A stretch of DNA of 64,000 bases from an uncultured bacterium (GCA_964387845.1 CAYLXA010000001.1:160001-224000), one strand, 5' to 3'. Positions 17,547 to 27,852 are shown, numbered from the stretch's first letter. Notes: a model not told the origin generated them from the sequence alone. Translations and numbers: made by a program.

Positions 17547-18744
17547 AGGTGTAAGTGGTAGTCGTCGTAAAGCCCGCCGGCAAACTAACGGGCAAGTAAC
17601 TTGAATTGTAAGTAATGGCTGCTTGATTAATGATGTTATCGCTTTGAAGCTCATTGGCAACTACGCTTCCGTGAACCACGGCATCATCCTGCACATTGGC
17701 GTTATCCGTAAAAATAATTCCCTCAAATGTTGCTGAATTCAAAATTTTGACTTGTTGATTGGTTTCGGGCGCCATCAAAACCGAAACAACATCAGCGCTG
17801 TCCTTCACAACCACATTGTTTTGGCTGTAAACCAGGCCGCCGCCCTGAACGGTAGTTGTATCTTGAATGGTAATGGTTTTTGCCGAAATCAAATTGACCT
17901 GCGAGCCAATTCCTGCGCTATTTTTAACATCAACCGCTTTGGTTGCCACCAAGTTCCCGGGCCCGGTAACCGTGGCATTGTCTTTGATCGTAACGCTTTT
18001 GTAATAGACGGTTTGCCCGGATAAATTTAAATTAGACGTTCCCGAAAGCGTTAGGTTTGAAGCGGCGTTGGCTTCGGCTTGCACAATGGCGTTGTCGTAA
18101 GTTGTCTTTGTAAAGGAAGGCATGCTGGGCGCAGGACTCGGATAACTCGGCGCCTGGGTATAAGTTCCGCCGCCCGTGACCGAATCGGCATAAACAAGGC
18201 CATTAATGACTTGTGAATTATTTCTTACGATGACAGAATCGGTACCGGCGGTTGGGTTGTAATAGACATTGCCCGATACAACAACGGTATGCGCATTCGT
18301 ATTTCCGACTTTAAGCGTATGATTGCCGCTCGGATTAGTTCCGACAAAAACCGCGTAAGAAAATGCGCTTGGAAAATTAACGGTGGTTGTTACCGTTTCG
18401 GTTTGAGTTAACTGCCTTGATTGACTATTATAAGTACCGGTCGAGTTAATAATGACATCGTCAACCGGCCGGGACAAATCAACCGAATAGGAGCCGCCGG
18501 CAAAACTATTATTCGAGAAACTGGAAATCCCGCCTATACTTAATGTGATGTCACCGTTTTTAAGCCGGTTCACGGCATCCGCAATGCCTGCTTCGGCCAT
18601 CCAAAACGCTTTTGCATCATTGGCATGCACCGCGATGCCGCGCATATCCGTTGTCAGGCTCACAATCAGCCCGCCCACAACCGCGGACAAAACAATCATA
18701 ATGACAATAGACAAAAGAAGAACAAACCCGTTTTTTTTACGCAT
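17512..18744 (-). CDS. PilX-like minor pilin N-terminal domain protein with large Thr/Ser/Asn-rich beta-rich C-terminal domain (possible tip adhesin)
   Basis: MRKKNGFVLLLSIVIMIVLSAVVGGLIVSLTTDMRG...AFWMAEAGIADAVNRL (PilX N-terminal-like), then ~300 aa of repetitive T/S/N/V-rich sequence. Confidence 0.5.
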   Translation of the reverse strand: MRKKNGFVLLLSIVIMIVLSAVVGGLIVSLTTDMRGIAVHANDAKAFWMAEAGIADAVNRLKNGDITLSIGGISSFSNNSFAGGSYSVDLSRPVDDVIINSTGTYNSQSRQLTQTETVTTTVNFPSAFSYAVFVGTNPSGNHTLKVGNTNAHTVVVSGNVYYNPTAGTDSVIVRNNSQVINGLVYADSVTGGGTYTQAPSYPSPAPSMPSFTKTTYDNAIVQAEANAASNLTLSGTSNLNLSGQTVYYKSVTIKDNATVTGPGNLVATKAVDVKNSAGIGSQVNLISAKTITIQDTTTVQGGGLVYSQNNVVVKDSADVVSVLMAPETNQQVKILNSATFEGIIFTDNANVQDDAVVHGSVVANELQSDNIINQAAITYNSSYLPVSLPAGFTTTTTYTYAKKANSWAEV

Positions 18745-19246
18745 TGCGGGGCCTCACATAAGCGCTAACAGCCAGCGTATCGCTTCCGGCCGTTGCGCTA
18801 AGCCTTAACCGAGCCACATTGCCGGAACTGGTGATGGTTGTACTGAAAGGGGCATTCAAATTGGTTGTGATTAAATCGCCCGATCCGTAAGAAAAGCCTG
18901 TCACAGCCGCGCGCCTCAGATCATAACTCGTTTGATTAAACGCCGGCGGCCATACGTCGGCAGCGTTGTGTAAATAATAACGGTATTGAACATTTGAACC
19001 GCTTTCATGCAGGGTAAACGTTACCGCATGGTTGGAGACGGTAACAGCGTTGGCATTCCGAATGTCCCGCGTCATGCGCTCTAACGCAAAATACAGCTTC
19101 TCGTGCAAATCAGTCCGGTTTCCGATGTGATGCGAATTTCGCATGGCAACAATATAAACAAAAAGAATTGATGCGATTAAAAAAACGATGAGCGTAATCG
19201 TAAAAACCATTTCGAGTAACGTGAAACCGCGCTCTTGATTTTTCAT
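18737..19246 (-). CDS. Prepilin-type pseudopilin (GspJ/PilW-like)
   Basis: N-terminus MKNQERGFTLLEMVFTITLIVFLIASILFV (G-F-T-L-L-E motif). Confidence 0.7.
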   Translation of the reverse strand: MKNQERGFTLLEMVFTITLIVFLIASILFVYIVAMRNSHHIGNRTDLHEKLYFALERMTRDIRNANAVTVSNHAVTFTLHESGSNVQYRYYLHNAADVWPPAFNQTSYDLRRAAVTGFSYGSGDLITTNLNAPFSTTITSSGNVARLRLSATAGSDTLAVSAYVRPRNA

Positions 19247-19248
19247 GA

Positions 19249-19659
19249 TCAGCCATTCACCACATAAGTACTGAGTGTAACGCTCGTCTCGCCGTTAGGA
19301 ACAGTCCAATAAGTCGTTACATCGACTTTCTTTAAATAAGCAGGGACACTGGTCACTGTTACCTGCTGTTCAAATGTTGTGAGCAATGTTGTGCCTGTAA
19401 TATCAAAAACGAGGGAGCGGCCGCTGGAGGCAACACTGGCGAAAGAACTGTCTTTGATTTCTTCGAGTTTGCGCTGAGTCAAGGAAAGGGCAAGTGAATA
19501 ATTTTCGACATCACTTTGTCCAAAAACGCCGCGGTTCATGGCTTCCATTAAAGCGAAAATGCTGATCCCGACAATGAGTGTCGTGATCAGCACTTCCAAA
19601 ATCGTGAAGCCGCGTTTCGATTTTAACTGGTGTGAGCGATACTTAAGTTTGACAAACAT
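19249..19659 (-). CDS. Prepilin-type pseudopilin (GspI/PilV-like)
   Basis: KRGFTILEVLITTLIVGISIFALMEA near the N-terminus. Confidence 0.7.
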   Translation of the reverse strand: MFVKLKYRSHQLKSKRGFTILEVLITTLIVGISIFALMEAMNRGVFGQSDVENYSLALSLTQRKLEEIKDSSFASVASSGRSLVFDITGTTLLTTFEQQVTVTSVPAYLKKVDVTTYWTVPNGETSVTLSTYVVNG

Positions 19660-19678
19660 TCCATTGCGATGAATCTAA

Positions 19679-20152
19679 TTACGCAGAAAGTTGCCCGTTT
19701 GTCACATAAATATCATCGTCAACTTCGCCGACAACGATATTGCCGCTGGCATCCGGCACTGTGCTAATATCCGCGGTCCGGTCCGGTCCGACCGAATAGA
19801 TGACATAATATCTGCTGTTGGCGGAAATTTTATATTTATAGGGCGAACTTGCGGTGAACGGATCCACGAAATCGCTGACCTCTCCAACCATCCGAGGCGT
19901 AGCACCTTCCAGAGCGCTTTCTAAATCGGCAGTCGTGCCTGCGGTAGCGGCCGGAAGCGTCGGGCTTGTACGCAATAAATAAGACTCGAGCGCGGTTTGG
20001 AGCGTCCTTAATTCTGCAGCAGCCTTGGCTTTTCGGCCTTCATCCGAAACGCCCGTAAACCTGGGCAGCGCAATGCCGACGATAATCAAAATAAGCGTGA
20101 TAACCACCAAGATTTCGAGCAATGTAAAACCTTTTTCTGATTTCAACACCAT
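19679..20152 (-). CDS. gspG: Type II secretion system protein G / major pilin-like pseudopilin
   Basis: MVLKSEKGFTLLEILVVITLILIIVGIALPRF, and the C-terminal region resembles the GspG fold. Confidence 0.75.
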   Translation of the reverse strand: MVLKSEKGFTLLEILVVITLILIIVGIALPRFTGVSDEGRKAKAAAELRTLQTALESYLLRTSPTLPAATAGTTADLESALEGATPRMVGEVSDFVDPFTASSPYKYKISANSRYYVIYSVGPDRTADISTVPDASGNIVVGEVDDDIYVTNGQLSA

Positions 20153-20175
20153 GATGAAACTCCTCCTTCGTTTGT

Positions 20176-21384
20176 TTATTGAGGGCTGAAAATTTTAATC
20201 ATATCGAAAATAGGAAGCAGAATAGAGAGCATGATAAAGCCGACTATTACCCCCATGAAAAGAACAAAAAACGGCTCGAGGCTGTCTGTTAACTTCTTGA
20301 GGCTTCTTGCGATCAGTTCGTCATAAAAGCTGGCAATTTTATGCAGCATTTTATCGAGGCTGCCCGAATGTTCGCCGGTTGCCACCATCTGAACTACATC
20401 GTTCGGGACAGCCGAACTCTTCTGTAACGTATCGGCTAACTTGCCGCCACCCTGAACGGATTCATAGGTTTTTTTAAAGATATCCTGAAAGATACTATTC
20501 GATGTTAAATTTTGTGAAATTTCGAGCGTTTGCAGAATATTCACGCCGCTTGAAATCATGAGCGCCACGCTGCGGCTCCAGCGGCTGATTTCGATTCGCT
20601 TGATTAATAATCCAACCAGCGGAAATGACAGCCAAAAACTGTCCCATGCCCGCCGGAAAAATTCAATTCGCATAAAAACCGGAAATAAAGCGGCAAACAC
20701 CGCGAAAAACGCCAAGATCCAAAAACCAAACTGCCGCATCCACAAGCTGAGGTTATAGACCATTTGCGTGGGCAACGGAAGCGATACGCCTGATTTGCTG
20801 AAAATCGTAATAAAAGAAGGCACAACCCATACCATCATAAATGCTACCACCGCGACACTGGCCAGCATCAGAACGATCGGATAAGCAAGCGCAGAACTGA
20901 TTTTATGATTGAGTTCCGATTTGGCTTCTTCCAGCTGTGCCACATAACGCAGAACCTGCGATAAATTTCCGCCGGCCTCCCCCACTTTCATCATGGCACG
21001 ATACAGAGACGGAAATAGATGTTCGTGATGCGCTGATGCTTCTGACAAACTTTCACCGTTTTCGATCCGGGCAATCAGATTCTTAACGGTTTCTTTAAAA
21101 GATTGATTTTCAACCTGATGAACAATTGTTTGAAGTGCGGAAAGCATCGGAAGACCGGCTTCCAGCATGTTGCTGAGCTGCACGTAAAAAAGTATCACAT
21201 CGTCTGGCGAAACACGGTTTCCAAAACTCATCGCAACTGGCGAAGCTTTCGAGCGTTTGATGGATGCGACTAAGTAACCCTGCTTAACCAACTGATCAGC
21301 CAGCGCCTTTTCGGAAATCGCTTCCGTAATTCCTTGCACTTTCCTGCCGGATTGATCATGGACTTTATAAACGTAAGAAGGCAT
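20176..21384 (-). CDS. gspF: Type II secretion system F / type IV pilus platform protein PilC
   Basis: 402 aa with two GspF repeats and 3 TM helices. Confidence 0.88.
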   Translation of the reverse strand: MPSYVYKVHDQSGRKVQGITEAISEKALADQLVKQGYLVASIKRSKASPVAMSFGNRVSPDDVILFYVQLSNMLEAGLPMLSALQTIVHQVENQSFKETVKNLIARIENGESLSEASAHHEHLFPSLYRAMMKVGEAGGNLSQVLRYVAQLEEAKSELNHKISSALAYPIVLMLASVAVVAFMMVWVVPSFITIFSKSGVSLPLPTQMVYNLSLWMRQFGFWILAFFAVFAALFPVFMRIEFFRRAWDSFWLSFPLVGLLIKRIEISRWSRSVALMISSGVNILQTLEISQNLTSNSIFQDIFKKTYESVQGGGKLADTLQKSSAVPNDVVQMVATGEHSGSLDKMLHKIASFYDELIARSLKKLTDSLEPFFVLFMGVIVGFIMLSILLPIFDMIKIFSPQ

Positions 21385-21390
21385 TGCTTA

Positions 21391-23088
21391 TTATCCTTCC
21401 TGGGTTACGCGCATAATTTCTTCGATCGTCGTAACACCGGAAACAATTTTTAAAAATCCGTCTTCGCGCAGCGTTTTCATGCCGGCCTGAATTGCCTTTA
21501 GTTTGATGTCATCGCCCGACGACTTTTGTAGAACCATTTTTTGAATTGCGTTATCCGGTACTAATATTTCGAAAAGACCGCTTCTGCCCTTATAGCCTGA
21601 TTTCTTGCATTGTAGACATCCCTTCCCCCGGTAGAGCTGCTTAGGAAGCTTGCTCATATCTGCTGTCATCAATTTGAGACTGGCGATCTCGGCATCGACC
21701 GGGCTGTAAGCTGTTTTACAGTCTTGGCAAATGGTCCGAATAAGGCGCTGCGCAACCACGCCCGTAATAGTGGAAGCCACCAAAAAAGGTTCGACGCCCA
21801 TATCAATCAAGCGCGTAAAAGCAGACGCAGCGTCATTGGTATGCAAAGTCGAAAAAACAAAGTGGCCTGTCAGCGCTGCTTGAATCGCAATGTTCGCCGT
21901 GTCTTTATCCCGGATTTCACCGACCATGATTACGTCCGGATCCTGGCGCAAAATCGAACGGAGGCCGCTCGCAAACGTGAGATTGACCTTCGTATTGACT
22001 TGAATCTGGCGGATTAACGGAAGCTGGTATTCAACAGGGTCTTCAATCGTTACAATATTTTTTTCCGCGTTATTGATCTGATTAAGCGCACCGTAAAGCG
22101 TCGTGGTTTTTCCGCTTCCCGTGGGGCCTGTGATGAGCAAAATACCGTAAGGTTTTTTGATTAACTCATTAAAAACGGTCAGACTCTCTTTTCCCATACC
22201 CAATTTCTCTAACGGCAAAATCGCGCTTTGCAGATTGAGGAGCCGGACGACAATATTTTCTCCGTGGATCGTCGGCATCACGGAAATGCGCAAGTCAAGC
22301 GGCCGGCTATCAAGGTCCATGCGGACACGTCCGTCCTGCGGCACGCGGCTTTCCGCAATATCCAAATTGGAAATGACTTTCACGCGTGACACAACGCCGG
22401 AATGAAGTTCCGTCGGATACTGGTCTACTTCACGTAAAATTCCGTCAATGCGGAAACGTACGACGACTTTATCTTTCTCCGGCGAAATATGAACGTCGCT
22501 GGCGCCGTCGCGTTGAGCTTGTGAAATCATGGTATTAACCAACTTGATAATGGGCGCTTCTTCGGGCTTGATTTCCTGCGAGACGATCGCTTCCTTTTGA
22601 GCAGTGATGGTCAACTCATCCTGCATCGATTGAACCATATCGCTCACATCGCTTTTGACGCCATAATACTGCTCGATGGCGCCTCTGATTTCGGCCTCGG
22701 TTGCAAGCGCTTGCTCAATTTCATAACCTGTCCGGATACGTAATTGATCGATAAGGTTTAAATTAAACGGATCGCTCGTTGCGACCGTCAGGCGTTTTCC
22801 GATTTTTAAGACCGGAAAAACACGAAACCGCCGGACAATATCCTGGGGCAGGATCGCGAGCACTTCTTTTTTGACGATTTGGTGAGAAATTTCGATTTCG
22901 GGAATGCTGAGTTTCTGGCTCAAGAACGAGACAAACTTTCGCTCGTCGACAAAACCGAGTTTACGCAGCGCTTTTTGAAAAGGTTCATGCGTTCGGCGCA
23001 TCTCCGATTCGACCTGCTTCAGCTGCGAGGTTGTTAGCAAACCCTCGGCAACCAGATTTTCGCCAAGTGAAGGCGCCGTGTTTTTCAT
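21391..23088 (-). CDS. gspE: Type II secretion / type IV pilus assembly ATPase GspE/PilB
   Basis: 565 aa. Walker A LITGPTGSGKTTTLY, a zinc-binding CxxC...CxxC region, and an N-terminal GSPII_E_N-like domain. Confidence 0.9.
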   Translation of the reverse strand: MKNTAPSLGENLVAEGLLTTSQLKQVESEMRRTHEPFQKALRKLGFVDERKFVSFLSQKLSIPEIEISHQIVKKEVLAILPQDIVRRFRVFPVLKIGKRLTVATSDPFNLNLIDQLRIRTGYEIEQALATEAEIRGAIEQYYGVKSDVSDMVQSMQDELTITAQKEAIVSQEIKPEEAPIIKLVNTMISQAQRDGASDVHISPEKDKVVVRFRIDGILREVDQYPTELHSGVVSRVKVISNLDIAESRVPQDGRVRMDLDSRPLDLRISVMPTIHGENIVVRLLNLQSAILPLEKLGMGKESLTVFNELIKKPYGILLITGPTGSGKTTTLYGALNQINNAEKNIVTIEDPVEYQLPLIRQIQVNTKVNLTFASGLRSILRQDPDVIMVGEIRDKDTANIAIQAALTGHFVFSTLHTNDAASAFTRLIDMGVEPFLVASTITGVVAQRLIRTICQDCKTAYSPVDAEIASLKLMTADMSKLPKQLYRGKGCLQCKKSGYKGRSGLFEILVPDNAIQKMVLQKSSGDDIKLKAIQAGMKTLREDGFLKIVSGVTTIEEIMRVTQEG

Positions 23089-23462
23089 GAACCTCCGAGA
23101 AGTTCCGAAACTTTGGCCAAAAGCGCAGGCGGTTCAAACGGTTTTGTCATGTAGCCGTTTGCGCCGCAATCTTCAAGGCCCATCCGCTCGTCTTCGACGC
23201 CCGCTTTTGCGGTAAAAAGGAGCACCGGAATTTTCTTATAGCGGTCATCGTGCTTTAAAGTCGCGCAAACCTGGTAACCGTCCATTTTCGGAAGCATTAA
23301 ATCCAAAATAATCAAATCCGGCTTTTCAGAACGCGCTTTGGCCAATCCTTCTTCTCCGTCAAAAGCCGTGACGATTTCGTAATCATGCGCTTCCAGACGC
23401 GCCTGAACGGCCATCACCAATTCTTCTTCATCGTCCACAATTAAAATCTTTTTCTTTGCCAT
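23085..23462 (-). CDS. Response regulator, receiver domain only (CheY-like)
   Basis: ILIVDDEEE...DLIILDLMLPKMDG...TAKAG. Confidence 0.85.
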   Translation of the reverse strand: MAKKKILIVDDEEELVMAVQARLEAHDYEIVTAFDGEEGLAKARSEKPDLIILDLMLPKMDGYQVCATLKHDDRYKKIPVLLFTAKAGVEDERMGLEDCGANGYMTKPFEPPALLAKVSELLGGS

Positions 23463-23476
23463 TGAATCCCTTTGGT

Positions 23477-23860
23477 TTAGGAAGTTTTCTTGGATCTTGC
23501 TTCGATTTCGCGAATTTGCTTCACCAAATCACCGCCGTCGACCGGCTTCATCATGAATGCCTCGGCGCCTTCGAGGCGGAATGCCTGTTCAATCATTAAA
23601 GCTTTTCCGGTTACGATGATAACCGGAATTTTTTTATCGGACATTTGATTAATTTGCTTCAGGGTTGCCAAGCCATCCAAATTCGGCATCAAAGCGTCCA
23701 TCACGATCAGGTCCGGTGCTTTTTTTTGAATCGATTCCAGCGCTTCTTTGCCGTCATAAGCCACTTCGGCCTTGAATCCTTCGGAGCTCAGGCGCATTTG
23801 AAACATCGACGCTAAATCGCGGTCATCATCAACAATTAAAATATTTTTCATTTGCGTCAC
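23477..23860 (-). CDS. Response regulator, receiver domain only (CheY-like)
   Basis: ILIVDDDRD...DLIVMDALMPNLDG...VTGKA. Confidence 0.85.
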   Translation of the reverse strand: MTQMKNILIVDDDRDLASMFQMRLSSEGFKAEVAYDGKEALESIQKKAPDLIVMDALMPNLDGLATLKQINQMSDKKIPVIIVTGKALMIEQAFRLEGAEAFMMKPVDGGDLVKQIREIEARSKKTS

Positions 23861-23869
23861 ACGGATGTT

Positions 23870-26287
23870 TTAGATTTTTGATGAAGTTGTTTTACCCAAA
23901 ATCGCCGACAAAAACACTTCCGGCGTCATGGATTGATGATTAAAGGTGTTGACCTGAAAAACGGCTTTAACCTTTAATTTCTCGATTTCGGTATTCATTT
24001 TATCTTTAATTTGAGCCACTTCCTGCGCATCGGCTTCTACGATTGCGGCGAGCCCTTTGCCTTCGTCATAACGCAAAACCATCTCGGTCGTTTTGCGTAA
24101 AGCGCCTTTCATGATTTCGCTCATTTTGCTGACTTCCTGATCCGGCATGGCTTCACCGTTTTTCAATTCTGCATGATCGGGATGAACGCCGATCACGGAA
24201 AACGGCGTCAATTTTTTCTGGCTTTCCTTCAGGCGCTGCTTGACTTCCAATTCAAAGACAGAATCAATTGTATGATATGGAAGCGTAAAAGTAAATTTGG
24301 TTCCTTTGCTGAATTCACTTTCAATCCACATTTTTCCGCCATGCATTTCGACAAGCCCTTTCGAGATCGCGAGGCCCAGTCCGGTTCCTTTGGCACCGCC
24401 GCCCGCCGCGCGGCCGAATTGTTCAAATTTACCGAATACTTTGCTTAAATTTTCACGTGCGATCCCGGTCCCGGTATCCGCCACGCTGAATTCCATTTCC
24501 TGCCCTTTGTGAACGGTTGTGACAACGACCATGCCGCTTTCCGGCGTAAATTTAGCCGCATTGCCGATTAAATTGGTAATGATTTGGATCAATTTGTCGC
24601 GATCAACAAACACCTTGGGTAATTTTTTATCAAAACTGGAATGAAGCGATATTTTTTTGCTTTCAAAATGGCCGCGGTAGGTTTCTAAAACGTCTTCGAT
24701 CAAAGCTTTGACATCCACGAATGAACGATTGAGCACGATTTTTCCCGCTTCGATTTTCGAAATATCAAGCAGGTCGTTGATGATCCGCGCCAAACGGTCA
24801 ATATTGCTCTTCGCGGTCGTTAAGAATTTTCTTTGCTTTTCATTCACTTCACCGCTCACACCGTCCAAGACTAGCGAAACAAATTCCTTAATAATGGCCA
24901 GCGGTGTCCTGAGCTCGTGGCTGACGGTTGAAACGAATTCGTTTTTCATCTGATCAATTTCTTTTTCCTTTGTCATGTCGCGGAAAATTTCGATTGCACC
25001 GATGGTTTTTCCTTCGCTGACGACCGGCGAAATCGTGAGCGCCACCGGAAAACGGGGCTGATTTTGGGAAGCGTAATAAACAGAAGTCGATGTGCTGCGG
25101 CCCGTCGTTAAAACCGACTGCAGCGGATCTTTGCTTTTATCGATTTCTTTTCCTTTATCATCCTGAAGTTTCACGACTTCGTGCAGGAATTTTCCGGACA
25201 CACTTTTCAAAGATTCACCGAGCATCTCCTCGGCCTGCTTGTTCATCATCATGATTTTACCTTCACGGTCCGTTGCGATCATGCCTTCCCCGATGCTTTC
25301 GAGCAGCGCTTCGTCTTTGGCCTTGGCTTGCTCGATTTCCTCTACTTTGAGGACGAGTTCCCGCGTTTTCTCCCGGACTTTTTGTTCGAGGCCGCCGTAG
25401 GATTCTTTGAGCTTCACCGTCATTTGATTAAAAGCTTTTGCCAGTTCGCCGACTTCGTCGTTGGATTCAACCGGAATTTGATAGTTGAGGTTTCCTTTTC
25501 CGATCACTTCAGCGCCTTGCTGAAGCGCGCTAATCGGCCGCGAAATCGACTGCGAAATCAGAAAGCCAAGAATAATGGCAAGCAAAACCGCGAAAATACT
25601 GACCTGCGTGATAAAACGCGTAGAACCTTTCAATAATGTAAGCGTTTCCTGGACTACGCGATCCACATTGTTGGATGTAACAACGAGCGATTCGCCCAGC
25701 TTTTTGCCGCGCCGCTCGACATATTGTTCAAGCCCCGATTTATACTCCTGCTTAAGCCGCCAATAATCGGCGCTTTCAAGCATCCGGATTGCTTCTTCGC
25801 GCATCCCGCCATCCACCGCTGCGATGGCTTTGTATTCCAGATCGACAAATGACTGTTTTGCTTTTTGAACATCCAAGAAAGATTTTTTGTCCTCAACGTC
25901 GCCTTTATCGATACTTTCTTTGATCACATTGCCAAGCTGCGGCTCCATATCTTTGTAGCGGTATTTCCATTTGAGATCGCCCGTCATCGCGTAATTGCGC
26001 GCCGCCTCCGTCAGGACTTGGTCATAGTAACGAATTTGCTGAGCGAGGCTGTCGAGACGGGATGTGCGTTCGATTTCTTTGAGTCCCTTGGGAATATCTT
26101 CGGTGAGCGGGTCGTAGAGCTTTTTCATTTCTTTAAATGAAAAAAGGCTCACAATCCCCACCAGTGACGCGATCACAAGGAATCCGGCCATGAGCCGCGT
26201 CGCGATGTTTAAATTCCGAAACATTTGCATAAAAGCCCCTGTGCTAGGTTGGAAAGGCGCACAATTACAGTTAATCTTTATCGGCAA
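23870..26287 (-). CDS. Sensor histidine kinase (TM, HAMP, PAS, HisKA, HATPase_c)
   Basis: HAMP-like EVIGKGNLNYQIPVESNDEVGELAKAFNQM. H-box FVSTVSHELRTPL. G-boxes DTGTGIA and GTGLGLAI. The true start may be the internal MQMF. Confidence 0.85.
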   Translation of the reverse strand: MPIKINCNCAPFQPSTGAFMQMFRNLNIATRLMAGFLVIASLVGIVSLFSFKEMKKLYDPLTEDIPKGLKEIERTSRLDSLAQQIRYYDQVLTEAARNYAMTGDLKWKYRYKDMEPQLGNVIKESIDKGDVEDKKSFLDVQKAKQSFVDLEYKAIAAVDGGMREEAIRMLESADYWRLKQEYKSGLEQYVERRGKKLGESLVVTSNNVDRVVQETLTLLKGSTRFITQVSIFAVLLAIILGFLISQSISRPISALQQGAEVIGKGNLNYQIPVESNDEVGELAKAFNQMTVKLKESYGGLEQKVREKTRELVLKVEEIEQAKAKDEALLESIGEGMIATDREGKIMMMNKQAEEMLGESLKSVSGKFLHEVVKLQDDKGKEIDKSKDPLQSVLTTGRSTSTSVYYASQNQPRFPVALTISPVVSEGKTIGAIEIFRDMTKEKEIDQMKNEFVSTVSHELRTPLAIIKEFVSLVLDGVSGEVNEKQRKFLTTAKSNIDRLARIINDLLDISKIEAGKIVLNRSFVDVKALIEDVLETYRGHFESKKISLHSSFDKKLPKVFVDRDKLIQIITNLIGNAAKFTPESGMVVVTTVHKGQEMEFSVADTGTGIARENLSKVFGKFEQFGRAAGGGAKGTGLGLAISKGLVEMHGGKMWIESEFSKGTKFTFTLPYHTIDSVFELEVKQRLKESQKKLTPFSVIGVHPDHAELKNGEAMPDQEVSKMSEIMKGALRKTTEMVLRYDEGKGLAAIVEADAQEVAQIKDKMNTEIEKLKVKAVFQVNTFNHQSMTPEVFLSAILGKTTSSKI

Positions 26288-26350
26288 ATATGCGGCGAAG
26301 CTTTGAAGGCGTTTTAGGGGGATGCCGCCTCAAAGGCGAAATCCGGACCC

Positions 26351-26749
26351 TTAACTGCCTACTTTAAAGTTTACCTTAGAAAGCGCTTCTTGCAACTGGG
26401 CCTGGAATTTGGCCGGGTCAAGAGGTTTGGTAAGATAGGCAAAACCGCCTGCGTTTTTGGCGTGAAATTCGGTCTGGATGTCCGCAGCAGCGGTCAAAAA
26501 GATGACCGGAATGTGAGATGTCTTGGGGTCATTCTTCAGAATTTCGCAAATATCGATTCCGCTAAGGCCTGGAAGATTAACGTCGAGGATGGCCAAATCC
26601 AACTTTTCGGTTTCGATTTTCTCAAGAGCTTCTTTGGCGGTCGCAGCCTTCACAACCTCAAAATTCATAAGCTCAAGACGGATTTCAAGCGCTGTCAGCA
26701 AATCCGGCTCGTCATCAACAATAAGAATTCTTTTTTTAGCGTTGGGCAT
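26351..26749 (-). CDS. Response regulator, receiver domain only
   Basis: ILIVDDEPD...DLAILDVNLPGLSG...LTAAAD. Confidence 0.85.
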   Translation of the reverse strand: MPNAKKRILIVDDEPDLLTALEIRLELMNFEVVKAATAKEALEKIETEKLDLAILDVNLPGLSGIDICEILKNDPKTSHIPVIFLTAAADIQTEFHAKNAGGFAYLTKPLDPAKFQAQLQEALSKVNFKVGS

Positions 26750-26841
26750 ATTGATAACAACTCTATTTGATACAAATACTTAGAAGTCTGCGGGCCGCCG
26801 CCAAAGGTGGCGAGCCTCGCCAATTTTTGCAGAGCAAAAAT

Positions 26842-26918
26842 TGGCGGGAGCGACGGGACTTGAACCCGCAACCCTCAGATCGACAATCTGATGCTCTAAC
26901 CAATTGAGCTACGCCCCC
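26842..26918 (-). tRNA. tRNA-Asp (anticodon GTC)
   Basis: 77-nt cloverleaf GGGGGCGTAGCTCAATTGGTTAGAGCATCAGATTGTCGATCTGAGGGTTGCGGGTTCAAGTCCCGTCGCTCCCGCCA. 7-bp acceptor, U33, GUC at positions 34-36, TTCAAGT T-loop, CCA encoded. Confidence 0.85.
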
Positions 26919-26994
26919 AAAGCTGTAAAAAGAGGTAAGAAGACGAGTATCTTAATAATTTAAGATGGTTTTTGTCAATTAAAAACCCTAGCGC

Positions 26995-27852
26995 TTAGCC
27001 GGCCAGTTTTCGGAACACTTGTGGTAAATATTGAATGATGTCTGAAGCAATCAGTGATATTTGACCTTGTTTTTTTACGGCAAAATCGCCGGCAAGGCCG
27101 TGAACATACACACCTGCGCAAGCAGCATCAAAGGGTTTCAGTTTTTGGCCCAAAAGCGCTGCGATGACGCCGGTCAAAACATCGCCTGATCCGCCCGTTG
27201 CCATGCCGGCATTCCCGGTTGAATTTACAAATGCTCTGCCGCTTTGATCCGCCACGACTGTCTGATTGCCTTTTAGAACCAGCGTCAGCCGGTATTGTTG
27301 AGAGATTTTTTTTGCAATCAGAATTCTCCCTTTTAAATCACCGGGCACCGATACTTTGAAAAGCCGGTGGAATTCACCCGGGTGCGGCGTTGCAATCAAA
27401 GGCGCTTTTAACTTCCGGAACCGAGCAGCTTTCCCTACAAAAGCATTCAACCCATCAGCATCCAGCACAACCGGAATTTTGGATGCTAAAACCGCGCGGC
27501 GGATCAATTTCTGAGTTTCCGGATTTTGTGACAGTCCGGGGCCGACGGCAAAAACATTTTGGTTCTTGAGAAACGTTTTGATTTTTGAGAAAGCGCGAGC
27601 GCTGAGCGTTCCCGATTTTGTTTCAGGAAGCGGCAGGAACATCGCTTCGGTTAAACGCTTTGCCATCACAAGTGATAAACCTTCCGGGACTCCGACCGTC
27701 ACAAGGCCTGCGCCCGAACGAAGCGCAGCCGTGCCGGCCAACACCGCAGCGCCGCTCATGCCAACAGAGCCTGCGAGAATCAAAATGCGTCCAAAATCGC
27801 CTTTGTGGCTTTTTGGGTTCCGGGGTGGAAGTAAATGGCGGATATTTTTCAT
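26995..27852 (-). CDS. nnrD: ADP-dependent NAD(P)H-hydrate dehydratase (YjeF C-terminal domain)
   Basis: KGDFGRILILAGSVGMSGAAVLAGTAALRSGAGLVTV and GSGDVLTG motifs. Confidence 0.8.
   Translation of the reverse strand: MKNIRHLLPPRNPKSHKGDFGRILILAGSVGMSGAAVLAGTAALRSGAGLVTVGVPEGLSLVMAKRLTEAMFLPLPETKSGTLSARAFSKIKTFLKNQNVFAVGPGLSQNPETQKLIRRAVLASKIPVVLDADGLNAFVGKAARFRKLKAPLIATPHPGEFHRLFKVSVPGDLKGRILIAKKISQQYRLTLVLKGNQTVVADQSGRAFVNSTGNAGMATGGSGDVLTGVIAALLGQKLKPFDAACAGVYVHGLAGDFAVKKQGQISLIASDIIQYLPQVFRKLAG

Noticed and set aside
26750-26994. Possible integrated element next to tRNA-Asp
   Set aside because: No integrase, direct repeats of the tRNA 3' end, or compositional shift are apparent. The flanking genes are ordinary (a receiver gene and nnr).
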